Source: an uncultured Desulfarculus sp. (GTDB lineage: Bacteria > Desulfobacterota > Desulfarculia > Desulfarculales > Desulfarculaceae). From it: a stretch of 64,000 nt of DNA. The notes beneath the pieces are model-generated. The model made no database searches and was not told the origin of the DNA. It worked only from the letters and a program-made list of their open reading frames with translations. The stretch covers positions 2,016,001 through 2,080,000 of the forward strand of contig CAXXUK010000001.1 of the NCBI GenBank assembly GCA_963665125.2, in the 5' to 3' direction. Below are positions 46,233 through 56,742 of this stretch, piece by piece; the first letter of the stretch is position 1; each line of letters begins with the position of its first letter. The translations under genes and the position numbers were made by a program.

Positions 46233-47855
46233 ATGAAGCGCTTCATCGAAAAGTATGACGGCAAACAATATGATCTCATTATTGTCGGCGGCGGCATCAC
46301 CGGTTCGGCCATAGCCTACGAGGCCGCCAACCGGGGCCTCTGCGTCGCCTTGATCGAAAAGCACGATTTCGGCTGGGCCACATCGGCCGCCACCTCCAAA
46401 ATGATCCACGGCGGGCTACGTTATCTTTATTATGGCGAGATCGGCCTGGTGCGAGAATCACTACAGGAAAGACGCATCCTCGAAAACATCGCGCCCAATT
46501 ACGTGTATCCCCTGCCGATCCTGCTACCGGTGTACAAGTCGCGCTGGGCCACCAAGGCCGGTCTGACCCTCTACGACATGATCGCCTATGACAAAAAATG
46601 GACCTGGGACCCGGAAAAGAGCCTGCCCAATCACCGCACGGTGCCCCTGGAAGAGGCCCTGCAGCGCATACCGCACATCCGCACCGAAGGCCTTGAGTCG
46701 GCGGAGCTGTACTATGACTGCCAAAGCGCCTTTCCCGAGCGGCTGACCCTGGCCTTTGTCCGCTCGGCTATCGCCCAGGGCGCCCACGTGGCCAACTATG
46801 TCGAGGCCCTGGACCCGATTTGCCCGGAAGATGGCAAAGTCACGGGCGTGCGGGTCAGGGACCTTCTCACCGGTGATGAGCTTGACCTACTGGGCTCGGT
46901 GGTGGTCAACTGCGGCGGCCCTTGGGCCGATCTCATCCTGCGGATGAGCAGCGAGGACGAGGCCAAGCACTCCATCAAGCGTAGCGAGGGCATCCACTTC
47001 ATCACGGCCAAGCTTCCGGCGGACTGGGGGGCTGTTTTGTGGACGCCGGACGGCAGGCACCTGTTCGTGCTGCCCTGGCGAGGCCACACCCTGGTGGGCA
47101 CCACGGACAAGGAATACAAGGGCGACCCGGACAAATACCGCGTCACCGCCGAAAGCATCCAGGAGCTCATCGACACGGTCAATTCCTCATACGGCGACGG
47201 TAACCTGAGCATCGACGACGTGATATACGCCTACGGCGGCCTGCGGCCTTTGGTGGAGAGCAACAGCGAAGACACCTATCAATCCAGCCGCAAATACGAG
47301 ATTCACGACAACTCCTCCGACGGCGTCGAGGGCCTGATCACCGTGGAAGGCGGCAAGTACACCACCAGCCGCAACCTGGCCGAAAACGCCATGAAGGTCA
47401 TCGGCCGCAAGCTGGACAAGGAACTGAAAAAGTCCACCACGTCCGACAAGCAGCTAAGCGCCTGTGAAATCCGCAAGATCGAGGACTTCGTGCGCGAGCA
47501 GGTCAACCTGCACGCCGACTTCGAAGCCGACACGGTGGAGGTTTTGGCCCGCAACTACGGCACCCAATGCGGCCAGGTCCTGGAAATAGCCCGGCTCGAC
47601 GACAAGTACAAGGAACGCGTCACCTTTGACGGGGAGATCCTGGCCGAGGTGGTGTTCGCCGTGCGCCACGAAATGGCCCGCAAGCTCACCGACATCCTGC
47701 TGCGGCGCACGGGAATCGGCACCCTGGGCCATCCGGGCACGGACATCATGCGCAAGGTGGCCGATATCGCGGCCAGGGAGCTGGGCTGGAGCGACGCCCA
47801 GTGGCGGGCCCAGATCGACGAGGCCAATGCCTGGCTCAAGGTTCCCAAGAGCTGA
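46233..47855 (+). CDS. glpD: FAD-dependent glycerol-3-phosphate dehydrogenase/oxidase
   Basis: 'GGGITG', 'TSKMIHGGLRYL', 'GTTD', 'GLRPL', 'GGKYTT.R', 'LRRT'. Confidence 0.9.
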   Translation: MKRFIEKYDGKQYDLIIVGGGITGSAIAYEAANRGLCVALIEKHDFGWATSAATSKMIHGGLRYLYYGEIGLVRESLQERRILENIAPNYVYPLPILLPVYKSRWATKAGLTLYDMIAYDKKWTWDPEKSLPNHRTVPLEEALQRIPHIRTEGLESAELYYDCQSAFPERLTLAFVRSAIAQGAHVANYVEALDPICPEDGKVTGVRVRDLLTGDELDLLGSVVVNCGGPWADLILRMSSEDEAKHSIKRSEGIHFITAKLPADWGAVLWTPDGRHLFVLPWRGHTLVGTTDKEYKGDPDKYRVTAESIQELIDTVNSSYGDGNLSIDDVIYAYGGLRPLVESNSEDTYQSSRKYEIHDNSSDGVEGLITVEGGKYTTSRNLAENAMKVIGRKLDKELKKSTTSDKQLSACEIRKIEDFVREQVNLHADFEADTVEVLARNYGTQCGQVLEIARLDDKYKERVTFDGEILAEVVFAVRHEMARKLTDILLRRTGIGTLGHPGTDIMRKVADIAARELGWSDAQWRAQIDEANAWLKVPKS

Positions 47856-47875
47856 CCGGGGAAAGCGGGCGATTA

Positions 47876-48541
47876 ATGGGCGACCGGCGCACGGCGGCCT
47901 TCTTCGACTTTGACAGCACCCTTTTGGCCGACGAAAGCGGCCGCCTGGGCGTCAAGTACATCATCGACAAGGGGCTGATGCCCACGGGCCTGTTGCTCCG
48001 CATTTTTATTGCCCACAAACTGTTCAAGCGGGGGCTGATTTCCGAAAAGGCCATGATCGGCACATTGTTGCGGGTCTATAAAAAACGCACCCTGGCGGAA
48101 TTCGAGGCCGGAGCCGACGAGTTTTTTGAAACAGTACTCAGGCCCAACCTGGCCCCTCGGCTGGTGGAGGTCGCCCGGAATCATCAGCGCCGGGGCCATG
48201 TTCTGGTGCTCATTTCCGGGTCGATACGCTACATGCTCCGGCCGGTGGCGCGGGAATTATCCTTTGATCACCTCATCTGCACGGATCTGGAACAAGGCCC
48301 CGACGGCCTGTTGACGGGCAAAACCCAAAACGGCCTCTGCGTCGGGCCGACCAAACGGGAAAAGGCCCTGGAACTGGCCGCCCGGGAAAAAATAGACCTC
48401 GGCGCTTCGTACGCCTATGGCGACCATCACGACGACCTGCCGCTGTTGAATCTCGTGGGGCACCCCCATGCGGTAGAGCCCAACGAAAAACTGGCCCGTG
48501 AGGCCAGCCAAAAGGGCTGGCCGGTGCTTAGCCATTTCTAA
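47876..48541 (+). CDS. HAD-IB family hydrolase
   Basis: 'AFFDFDSTL', 'ISGS', 'K', 'AYGDHHDDLPLL.LVGHP.AV.P'. Confidence 0.9.
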   Translation: MGDRRTAAFFDFDSTLLADESGRLGVKYIIDKGLMPTGLLLRIFIAHKLFKRGLISEKAMIGTLLRVYKKRTLAEFEAGADEFFETVLRPNLAPRLVEVARNHQRRGHVLVLISGSIRYMLRPVARELSFDHLICTDLEQGPDGLLTGKTQNGLCVGPTKREKALELAAREKIDLGASYAYGDHHDDLPLLNLVGHPHAVEPNEKLAREASQKGWPVLSHF

Positions 48542-48568
48542 CAGGCCATTGAAAAAGCTTTGGCCCGG

Positions 48569-48964
48569 CTAGATGCTGCCTGGTGTCATGATCACCGCGG
48601 CGGCATTCAACACCAGGCAAACAAGAAAGACAAAAGTCATAAACACGGATTCCCGTGAGGAAAACCCCAGGTAGATGGGCTGCAGGACAAAGGTTCTAAC
48701 GCCCCAGAACAGGCACATGCACACCAACAGAGCCTTGCCCAGGCTGGTGCCCACCATTTCCGGAGCGTGCCACAGATACAAATAACCCAGGCCGAACCAG
48801 AACAGCATCAGGCAGATATTGAGGACCCGCATGGTGGCCTGGTTGGTCTCACTCAACGACTCGAGGTCCTTGTTCCATCGCAAAAGTTTGGGGAAAAAGA
48901 TATGCAGCACACCGCAAAGCAGATTAATAACTCCCGCAATTATCACCAGCGTTTCGGAATTCAT
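48569..48964 (-). CDS. Small 4-TM hypothetical membrane protein
   Basis: gagagg RBS, hydrophobic helices. Confidence 0.7.
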   Translation of the reverse strand: MNSETLVIIAGVINLLCGVLHIFFPKLLRWNKDLESLSETNQATMRVLNICLMLFWFGLGYLYLWHAPEMVGTSLGKALLVCMCLFWGVRTFVLQPIYLGFSSRESVFMTFVFLVCLVLNAAAVIMTPGSI

Positions 48965-49219
48965 CGAATTACCTCTCACGGTTAATGATGCTACTTGGCC
49001 AGGCCGGTGTGGCTTTTCGCTGGTGGTGTCGAGCACGAGTTGCGGCAATGAGGCTTCTATTGATGTCTAACAGCCTGGAAAGGTTTGAGGATCAGGTTGC
49101 ATGCAAGCCTTGGTCATCGTATGCAAAACCTCACGGCTAAGTCAAACTGCATTTAAATACCTGCCCGAACGTGATAGAATTTTTTCGCTTTACGGCACAA
49201 TTTTTCACCGAGTTCCAGG

Positions 49220-51358
49220 ATGACTCAGGAAAACAACACACCCCTAGGTCCATATTTGGACACACCCATCAAGCTGTTCATTGCCGATCAAACGCTATTG
49301 AAGCAGACGACGGCGATACTGGGAGAGCTGGGTTTTTCCGATGTCAGCACAGCCAAGGTGCCCTCCAACTACTTCCAGGCCATGCGCCAGCTGTTCAGCG
49401 AATTGATGGGCGTCGAGGAAGGTGTCGTGCTGGTCAACCATCCTCCCAAGCAGATGAAGGACACCTCGGGCCTGGCCTACAGCGATTGGGCCTTTGCCGA
49501 TTTTTACAGCGGCGTCTTGTCATTCAACAAAAGCAACCGCCGCTCGGCCACAGACCTTTTGGGCTGCTGCATACCAATGTTCCCCAGCGCCCAGGACCAC
49601 GACATCCGCATGAGGGTCATCGAGGACCTGTTCCCCTTTGGGATTGTCGGGGCATTCATGCTCCAGATCCAGGATCTGTACGGGAACAAAGCCCAGCAGT
49701 TGGAAGAGCGCAAATACGAACTGCGCGATTACCTGCTGGAGTATTTTCAGAACCGCAAGGGCAAGCAGGCCGAGATGCGCCAATACAAGAGCGCCGAGGA
49801 ACTAAAAAAACGCCGGGCCGAATCCGAACAAATCATGGCCGACGTGGAGAAGCTCAAACAGGCCGGCGAATTCGACAAGGCCATAGCCCTCTGCCGCCGG
49901 GCCATCGAGGTATTACCCACCGACCCGGACGCCTATCTGGAGGGCGGCCGCCTGCTGGTGAAAAAGAAAAAATACCCTCCGGCCATGGAGATGTTCCGGG
50001 ACGCGGAAAAGGTGTCCGAGGATCTTCCCGCGCCAAACCAGGAGATCGCCAACCTGCGCGTGGCCCAGACAAAGGACTATATCGCCAAAAAGCGGGCCAT
50101 GGGCCAGCAGCCCGATCCGGAGGTGATCCAGGGCTATCTGGAGGAGGCCGAGGCAAACTTCCAGACAGCCATATCAAAGGCCGAAAACGTGGTTACCGCC
50201 CGTGGTGACCAAGCCGCTTCCAAGGGCAAGGACCTGGTTGCCGATATTGCCGAAAACATCCTTACCCTGGATCTGGGCCAAACCCTGGGCGAGAGCCACC
50301 CCATGGTCCGCCGCCTGGGCCGGGTCGGCCAACAGACACTTACCGACAAGGTCGGCTCCGACGGCAAGATCCAGCCCAAGCACCTGGTCCACTTCGGCCT
50401 GGGCTCCTTTTTCGACGGCGACCTGGCCACGGCCCTGCGGTATCTGAAAGAAGCCGCGGGCAACGAGGAAACCTTTCATGACGCCTGCACCAAGCTCAAC
50501 TACATCGGCACCCAGTTGCGCCAAAAAGGCGACACCGACCAGTCCATAAAAGTCTACAAGGAGTTGTTGGAGCTGCGGCCCCCTTTCCGGGGCGTGGCGC
50601 TTTTCAACTTGGCCGTGGCCATGCAGAGCAAGGCCCACGACCTATCTGCCGTGAGCCAGCAGGCCTCCCTGGACATGGAGATCAAGGCAGTGGGCCGGGC
50701 GGTGGAGGCCATCTACGTGGACCCGAACCTGCCCAGGGACGCCAACTTTTACCAAAACACCATCATCGCCCCACAATTATTGAAGATACGCAACATTTTG
50801 CAGGAGGCTTCCACTGTCTCATCCGGCGCGATGCCGGCCGTGCCTGATGACCAGTTGAGCCCCACTGACAGGGCCTGCCGCCAGGCCAGCCACAAGCTCG
50901 AGGCCCTGCTCAAGCAAGGCAAGGACCGAGAGGCCCTGCACCTGATGTTCAGCCTGGCCCAGAAGCTCCGGCCGTTTTTCATGGAGTTCCAAAAACACGC
51001 CAGCGAACCGGTGGCCAAATTCGCCGCCCGCCTGCATCCGGTGTTGCTCAAACACGACAAGCCCAAAATGGTCATCTTCGGTAAAATCCTGGGAGTGTTG
51101 GTCAGCCAGATGGAAAAGGCCAAGCCCAAACAGGACCTGCCCCAACCCCTGCAGGCGGTGCTGATGGCCCTGAACCGGGCCGACCAGGCCGCTTCGGCCC
51201 ATGAATTGGCCAAGGCATTTTATGCCCAGCCTGATCTGGCCAATTACCCCGGATACGAGGCCGACGAGACCATGGTCAATCTGAGCAGGGAGTTGTTGCA
51301 CAAATTGGGCAACATCGATTTCAACCGCTTCAAGACCAAGGACCAGCAGGCAGCCTGA
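49220..51358 (+). CDS. Tetratricopeptide-repeat protein with atypical N-terminal domain
   Basis: TPR-like 'GEFDKAIALCRRAIEVLPTDPDAYLEGG', 'LNYIGTQLRQKGD..QSI.VYKELLELRP...ALFNLA'. Confidence 0.8.
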   Translation: MTQENNTPLGPYLDTPIKLFIADQTLLKQTTAILGELGFSDVSTAKVPSNYFQAMRQLFSELMGVEEGVVLVNHPPKQMKDTSGLAYSDWAFADFYSGVLSFNKSNRRSATDLLGCCIPMFPSAQDHDIRMRVIEDLFPFGIVGAFMLQIQDLYGNKAQQLEERKYELRDYLLEYFQNRKGKQAEMRQYKSAEELKKRRAESEQIMADVEKLKQAGEFDKAIALCRRAIEVLPTDPDAYLEGGRLLVKKKKYPPAMEMFRDAEKVSEDLPAPNQEIANLRVAQTKDYIAKKRAMGQQPDPEVIQGYLEEAEANFQTAISKAENVVTARGDQAASKGKDLVADIAENILTLDLGQTLGESHPMVRRLGRVGQQTLTDKVGSDGKIQPKHLVHFGLGSFFDGDLATALRYLKEAAGNEETFHDACTKLNYIGTQLRQKGDTDQSIKVYKELLELRPPFRGVALFNLAVAMQSKAHDLSAVSQQASLDMEIKAVGRAVEAIYVDPNLPRDANFYQNTIIAPQLLKIRNILQEASTVSSGAMPAVPDDQLSPTDRACRQASHKLEALLKQGKDREALHLMFSLAQKLRPFFMEFQKHASEPVAKFAARLHPVLLKHDKPKMVIFGKILGVLVSQMEKAKPKQDLPQPLQAVLMALNRADQAASAHELAKAFYAQPDLANYPGYEADETMVNLSRELLHKLGNIDFNRFKTKDQQAA

Positions 51359-51534
51359 GCCGGTCCATTTTCCCATCCCGTCCGATACGCGCCGGTCTAA
51401 TTGCCGGATTGACCTACGGCTGACAACAGGTAACCTTCATATGACATCGGGCAAGGCACGGCGGCAATCCGGGCTTGCCAATGAACACACCACTCCGGCC
51501 GCGGAGTTCGTATATTTATAAGGCATCGGCATCA

Positions 51535-52734
51535 ATGAATAAATTCATCATAATCCTTTCCATGCTCGCGGCGTTTCCTCCCATGAGCACTGACATGTAC
51601 CTGCCTTCGTTGCCGCTTTTGCAGCAGATCTGGGGTCAGTCCGAGGCGGCCGTCAACCTCACGCTGATTCTCTGGTTCGTCACGTACTGCTTTTTTTTGC
51701 TGGTTTATGGACCCATTTCAGACCGCGTGGGCCGCAAACCTCCACTGATCTTGGGTATATGCCTGTTTATCGTCAGCAGCCTGGCCTGCGCCTTCAGCAC
51801 CAGCCTGATCATGCTGATCATCGCCCGCATTTTCCAGGCCGCCGGGGCCGCCTCCAGCACGGTTATGGCCATGGCCATCGCCAAAGACCTGTTCGAATTG
51901 CGCCAACGGGCCGTGGTGTTGTCCTACATCGGGGTGATCACCGCCCTGGCTCCCATGCTGGCCCCCACCCTGGGCGGCTGGATTATGATCTGGCTGAGCT
52001 GGCGCTGGGTATTCATAGCCCAGGCCTGTCTGGCCACGGCGGTGCTATGGCCTGTTTTCCGGCTGCGGGAGCCCCTGCGCGAGCCCTCGAACGCCAGGAC
52101 AGGACAGGCATTCAAGGCCTATCTGCGCCTGACCAAAAACTGGCGTTTTTCACTGCTCAACCTGGCCATGGCCCTGCCCAACATGGCCCTGTTCGCCTTC
52201 ATCGCCGGTTCGCCGTCGATCTATATCAGCCGCTTTGGCCTCAGCGAGGCCCAGTTCGGCTATATCTTCGGCTTCAACGCCCTGGCCATGATGACCGGCT
52301 CCTACGGCTACAGCTTCTTGCAGCGCTGGTTCGGCAACCTGCGGATCATGCAGGCCAGTTTCACGTCCATGGTGGCCGGCGGCCTGATGGTGGCCCTTTT
52401 GCCCCACGGCGGCCCCTGGAGCCTGGCCCTGCCCATGTGGCTGGTTTCCCTGGGCCTGGGCCTGAACCGGCCGCCGTCCAACAACGTCCTGCTGGAGCAG
52501 GTTGATAAGGACGCGGGCTCTGCTTCCTCCATGATCGCTTTCGGCATCATGCTCTGCGGCTCGGTGGCCATGGCCGTGGTTTCCCTGGCCTGGCCGGACA
52601 GGGCCGTGGTCATCGGGCTGTTCGCCTGCTGCGGCGGAGCCATCTCCCTGGGCACCCTGACGGCCATGCGCAATGTCTTGCGGGGTCTGGGCGATGAAGC
52701 CGTTGAAGCGGCCATAGCAAAGAAGGCGGCCTAA
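51535..52734 (+). CDS. Bcr/CflA family MFS efflux transporter
   Basis: 'PMSTDMYLPSLP', 'GPISDRVGRKP', 'ARIFQA', 'APTLGG'. Confidence 0.92.
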   Translation: MNKFIIILSMLAAFPPMSTDMYLPSLPLLQQIWGQSEAAVNLTLILWFVTYCFFLLVYGPISDRVGRKPPLILGICLFIVSSLACAFSTSLIMLIIARIFQAAGAASSTVMAMAIAKDLFELRQRAVVLSYIGVITALAPMLAPTLGGWIMIWLSWRWVFIAQACLATAVLWPVFRLREPLREPSNARTGQAFKAYLRLTKNWRFSLLNLAMALPNMALFAFIAGSPSIYISRFGLSEAQFGYIFGFNALAMMTGSYGYSFLQRWFGNLRIMQASFTSMVAGGLMVALLPHGGPWSLALPMWLVSLGLGLNRPPSNNVLLEQVDKDAGSASSMIAFGIMLCGSVAMAVVSLAWPDRAVVIGLFACCGGAISLGTLTAMRNVLRGLGDEAVEAAIAKKAA

Positions 52735-52851
52735 AGGCACCGGGCTGTTTTAGGCCTTAAGCCACGACCCATACGCCCACACGCAGCGAAAAATCGTTAT
52801 ACTAGCGCCATGATCAATTGGCCAAGCGGCCCGGCTGCGGAGGATATTGCT

Positions 52852-53985
52852 TTGCCGAACCAAATAAAACCGCTGTATTTCGACTACAACGCCACCACAC
52901 CGGTCCTGGAGCCGGTCTTCAAGGCCATGGCCCCTTATCTGAAGGAGCACTACGGCAACCCCGGCTCGGATCACGCCTGGGGCCTGGCCGCCGCCCGGGC
53001 CGTGGCCAAGGGCAGGCAGAGCCTTGCCGACCTGGTGGGCTGCACTTCGGATGAACTCTATTACACCTCCTGCGCCACCGAGAGCATCAACATCGTCCTG
53101 CAAGGCGTCATGGCCAGCGGCGGTCATCTGGTGACCACGGCCATTGAGCACCCGGCCACCCTGCAAACCACCAAAGCCCTGGAAGGCCGGGGCGTAACGG
53201 TAAGTCTGGCCCCGGTGGATGATCAGGGTCTTGTCTCCCTTGATGCAATCAAAGCCGCCTGCACGCCTGAGACAAAACTGATTTCGGTGATGCTGGCCAA
53301 CAACGAAGTCGGCACCATAGAGCCCGTGGCCGAGATCGCCGCCTGGGCTAGGAGCCAAGGCATCCTGATGCACAGCGACGCGGCCCAGGCCGTGGCCAAG
53401 ATTCCGGTGGATGTCAAGGAACTGGGCGTGGATTTCATGACAATCGCCGGGCACAAGATCTACGCGCCCAAGGGCATCGGCGCGCTGTACGTGCGCCCCG
53501 GCGTAGAGTTGGCCCCGCTGACCTATGGCGGCGGCCAGGAACGGGGCCTGCGGCCGGGCACGGAGAACGTGCCCTACATCGCGGCCCTGGGCGCGGCGGC
53601 GGACATGGCCCTGGCCGATCTGGACGTGGAAGCGGCCCGCCAGCGGGATCTGGGCACACGGCTGCTGAAAGGCATCGACGGCCTGGGCCGGCCCTACCTC
53701 CTGCACGCCGCCGACGCGCCCCGCCTGCCCACCACCATGAGCATCGGCTTCGGCGGTCTGTTGGTGGGCGACATTCTCTCGGGCCTGGTGGGCGAAGACG
53801 TCGGCGTCAGCGCGGGCGCGGCCTGCCACGGCGACCACGCCGAGCCATCCCATGTGCTCAAGGCCATGAGCGTGCCCCAGGACTTTGCCCAGGGCACGGT
53901 GCGCATAAGCTGGGGCAGGCCCACCACGGTCGACGACGTGGATGACTTCGTCCGCCGCCTGGGCCGGGTGCTTTCGGCCTTATAA
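52852..53985 (+). CDS. Cysteine desulfurase (IscS/NifS class I)
   Basis: 'YFDYNATTP', 'IEHPA', 'ANNEVG', 'DAAQ', 'GHKIYAPKG', 'RPGTEN', 'GAACH'; TTG start after ggagga (alternative start 52810). Confidence 0.92.
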   Translation: MPNQIKPLYFDYNATTPVLEPVFKAMAPYLKEHYGNPGSDHAWGLAAARAVAKGRQSLADLVGCTSDELYYTSCATESINIVLQGVMASGGHLVTTAIEHPATLQTTKALEGRGVTVSLAPVDDQGLVSLDAIKAACTPETKLISVMLANNEVGTIEPVAEIAAWARSQGILMHSDAAQAVAKIPVDVKELGVDFMTIAGHKIYAPKGIGALYVRPGVELAPLTYGGGQERGLRPGTENVPYIAALGAAADMALADLDVEAARQRDLGTRLLKGIDGLGRPYLLHAADAPRLPTTMSIGFGGLLVGDILSGLVGEDVGVSAGAACHGDHAEPSHVLKAMSVPQDFAQGTVRISWGRPTTVDDVDDFVRRLGRVLSAL

Positions 53986-56637
53986 GCCCTTTAGATAGGC
54001 CTGGGCCTGGCCGTGAACGGTAGGGCTCGCGTCCGGCCCCACCCCGGCGGCTATGCGCTCCAGGGCCGCGGCGGTCCAGCCCCTCAGCGGTTCGCGCAGC
54101 TCGGCCACCATCTTGAAAGCCCCCAGCATGCGGCTGGTGGTGGTTGGATTACGCGGCCCAAGTTCGATGACCCGGTCGGCCAGCCAATTGATCCCCTGTT
54201 CGGTCCAGAGCATCTTGTTGTTGGCGGCCATGGGCACGTACAGGGCCCGGCACCAGGTTGGCTGGTTCACGTCAAAGCTGCCGCGCTTGGCTTCTCTGCC
54301 GATCTGCTCAAACACATCGGGCCGGGTTCCGCTGGAGATCACCCGCAGATAATTGGCATACCCGCTGAGGTGGCCGTGCATCTTTTCGTATGCCTGTTCC
54401 AGCACCTCCAGGCGCTCCGGGGCCGACGAACGGTTGAGCTGACCCAGGGCGCTGATGCGGTCGTTGGCCGTGGTGGCGCCCGTGTAGTGGGCCAGGATGA
54501 TTTCATGGCTGCGGGGCTCGTCAATGGCGCAGATCAGGTCCAACAGGGCGCTCTTGAGCATCCGCCGGGTGATGCCCTCGATCATCGTATGGCCCTGGCC
54601 ATAGGTGTCCAGGCCCTGGAACGCGGCGATGATCTCCTCGCGCCAGGCAGCGCCCACGGCCTGCTTCATGCGTTCCTGGGCGGCCACCAGTTCGGGCAGC
54701 CAGGCGCCGTACTGGCGCTGCATGGGCTGCTCCTCAATGCGCAGGAAATAGGCCTTCAGGGCCGGGGGCATGGTCTCGTCAGTTAAAACCTGGCCATAGA
54801 CATCGATCCAGGCCTGGTCCAGCTGGGCCGCAGGATCATGCAGCAGGCGCACCCGCTGGCGGTCGGTGAGCCGCCGCAGGGCCTCCACCCGGTTGAACTC
54901 GTTGGGGTCCAGCATGGCCTGGCGGGCCAGGTCGCCGTCGGTCAGGCCTTCCTGCTCGAACACGCCGTAGAACGAATAGTCCCGGTTGATGCTGGCAAAG
55001 GCCGGTTCCTCTTTGAGGCCTTCAAACTCGACCTCGGCGCTGTCGCCGGTTAGCTGGAAGATGCGCGCCGTACCGTCGATGTCTTTCCCTTGGGCGTTCA
55101 CCAGAGCCATGGCCACGGGCAGATGGAACGGCCCCACGCCGGGCTTGTTCTTCTGAGCCAGGCGCACGGTGTATGTCCCCGATCCGCCGTCCCAACTCGT
55201 CTCGGCGCTCACGGTAGGGTAGCCGATGGTGTAGAGCCACTGCTCCTTGAAGCGACCCAGGTCCTTGCCCGACACCTCCTCGAAGCACTGGAAGAACTGG
55301 TCGCTGTCGGCGTTGGCGTCCTTGTAGCGGCTGAAGTACAACAGCTTGCCCTTGCGGAAGTCATCAGCGCCCAAAACCAGCCTGAGCATGCGGATCACCT
55401 CGGCGGCCTTTAAATAGGTCACGCCGTCGATGAGTTCATCCGGATCGTTGAACCCGTCCCGGACGATGCGGCCCACATGCCCGCCGTCCTCCAGGGCCAG
55501 CGGGCCCAAAAGCGGATCGCGGATGGAGTCAACCTGGCGCAGGCGCATGAAGGCCTCGCCGAAGCGGTCGGCCATGTACTGGCGCTCCACGTCCACGGTG
55601 TAGGCCTCGTTGAGCCACACGTCAAAGGGCGTGGCCATGGTCGTCTCAGAGCCGCACTGGTTGTGCTCGAACTCGTGAACGATCACCGCGTGGGCATATA
55701 AAAGCATTTGGTCCAAGGTATGTTCGTCCACCAAGGCCGCGTCTGTGACGATGGTGGTGTTGCCCACGTTTTCCATGCCGCCGAAGTTGGATTTGCTCAT
55801 GCAGATGGTGCGGTAGGTGTCGCCCTTGTAGGCATAATCCTGGGTCCGCTCCAGCCACAGCACCGAGTCCTTGCAGATCTCCATGGGCAGACGAACGCCA
55901 TCGATCTGTCCGGCGGGCACCAGGTATTCCAGGCCCACGGTGTTCCCCGCCTCCAGGGTGACGGAATCGGCCAACTCATCCCAGGTCCCCGCACAGGCGA
56001 TGAACAGATACGGGGCCATGGGCACGTTGTTGATGAAGCGGATGATTTGCCGCGAAGGGCCGCCGGGCTTGGGCACGGGCCTTCCCTGGGGGCACAGCTC
56101 GCGGTCGATGTTGCCGTTGGAGATCATGTGGGTGTAGCGGGCGTCGCCTTCCAGGGTGGTGGTCATGGTGCACTTGGCCCGGCAGTCGTCGAAGATGGGC
56201 AAGACCCGCTGGAATCCCCACTGCTGAAACTGGCTCATGTACTGCTGGGGCGCGCCGGCCGGTGTCACGTCCTTGTAGATGCCCTCCAGGATGTGATCGG
56301 ACGGCACGCATGAGCATTCGACCATGAGCAGAAAATTGTCGCCCTCTTTCAGCGGCGCATCGGGCGTGACGATGAGCTTGTCCCGCTGGATCTGATAGTC
56401 ATGGGCCAGGGCCGAGCCGGATTCGTCACCGGGGGCGGCCAGGCGCTCCACCCGCTTGATATCGAGCTGCTTGGCGTCAAGCTCGATGACGTCAAGCTCG
56501 CCCAGGGCGGTCATATCCAGGCAGATGCGCCCCTCCACCAGATCGGGCAGAAAGCTCAGATGGATGTCAAGGTGGTTCAAGGTGACGGGCATGGGCCCGA
56601 AGTCTTCGCGCTGGTACTTGAAACGCCGCTGGGACAT
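53980..56637 (-). CDS. pepN: Aminopeptidase N (M1 family)
   Basis: 'GGMEN', 'HEFEH...18...E', 'Y.KAAEVIRML', C-terminal PepN helical domain. Confidence 0.92.
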   Translation of the reverse strand: MSQRRFKYQREDFGPMPVTLNHLDIHLSFLPDLVEGRICLDMTALGELDVIELDAKQLDIKRVERLAAPGDESGSALAHDYQIQRDKLIVTPDAPLKEGDNFLLMVECSCVPSDHILEGIYKDVTPAGAPQQYMSQFQQWGFQRVLPIFDDCRAKCTMTTTLEGDARYTHMISNGNIDRELCPQGRPVPKPGGPSRQIIRFINNVPMAPYLFIACAGTWDELADSVTLEAGNTVGLEYLVPAGQIDGVRLPMEICKDSVLWLERTQDYAYKGDTYRTICMSKSNFGGMENVGNTTIVTDAALVDEHTLDQMLLYAHAVIVHEFEHNQCGSETTMATPFDVWLNEAYTVDVERQYMADRFGEAFMRLRQVDSIRDPLLGPLALEDGGHVGRIVRDGFNDPDELIDGVTYLKAAEVIRMLRLVLGADDFRKGKLLYFSRYKDANADSDQFFQCFEEVSGKDLGRFKEQWLYTIGYPTVSAETSWDGGSGTYTVRLAQKNKPGVGPFHLPVAMALVNAQGKDIDGTARIFQLTGDSAEVEFEGLKEEPAFASINRDYSFYGVFEQEGLTDGDLARQAMLDPNEFNRVEALRRLTDRQRVRLLHDPAAQLDQAWIDVYGQVLTDETMPPALKAYFLRIEEQPMQRQYGAWLPELVAAQERMKQAVGAAWREEIIAAFQGLDTYGQGHTMIEGITRRMLKSALLDLICAIDEPRSHEIILAHYTGATTANDRISALGQLNRSSAPERLEVLEQAYEKMHGHLSGYANYLRVISSGTRPDVFEQIGREAKRGSFDVNQPTWCRALYVPMAANNKMLWTEQGINWLADRVIELGPRNPTTTSRMLGAFKMVAELREPLRGWTAAALERIAAGVGPDASPTVHGQAQAYLKGL

Positions 56638-56742
56638 GGCAACCCCCGTGAAATGAAGACGCGCTCCAGATGAAGCGCGTCGGATTTGCGATGTAGTTTT
56701 TAGTATACGCCCAAACAGCGGGGGCGACAAAGGAGCTATTTG

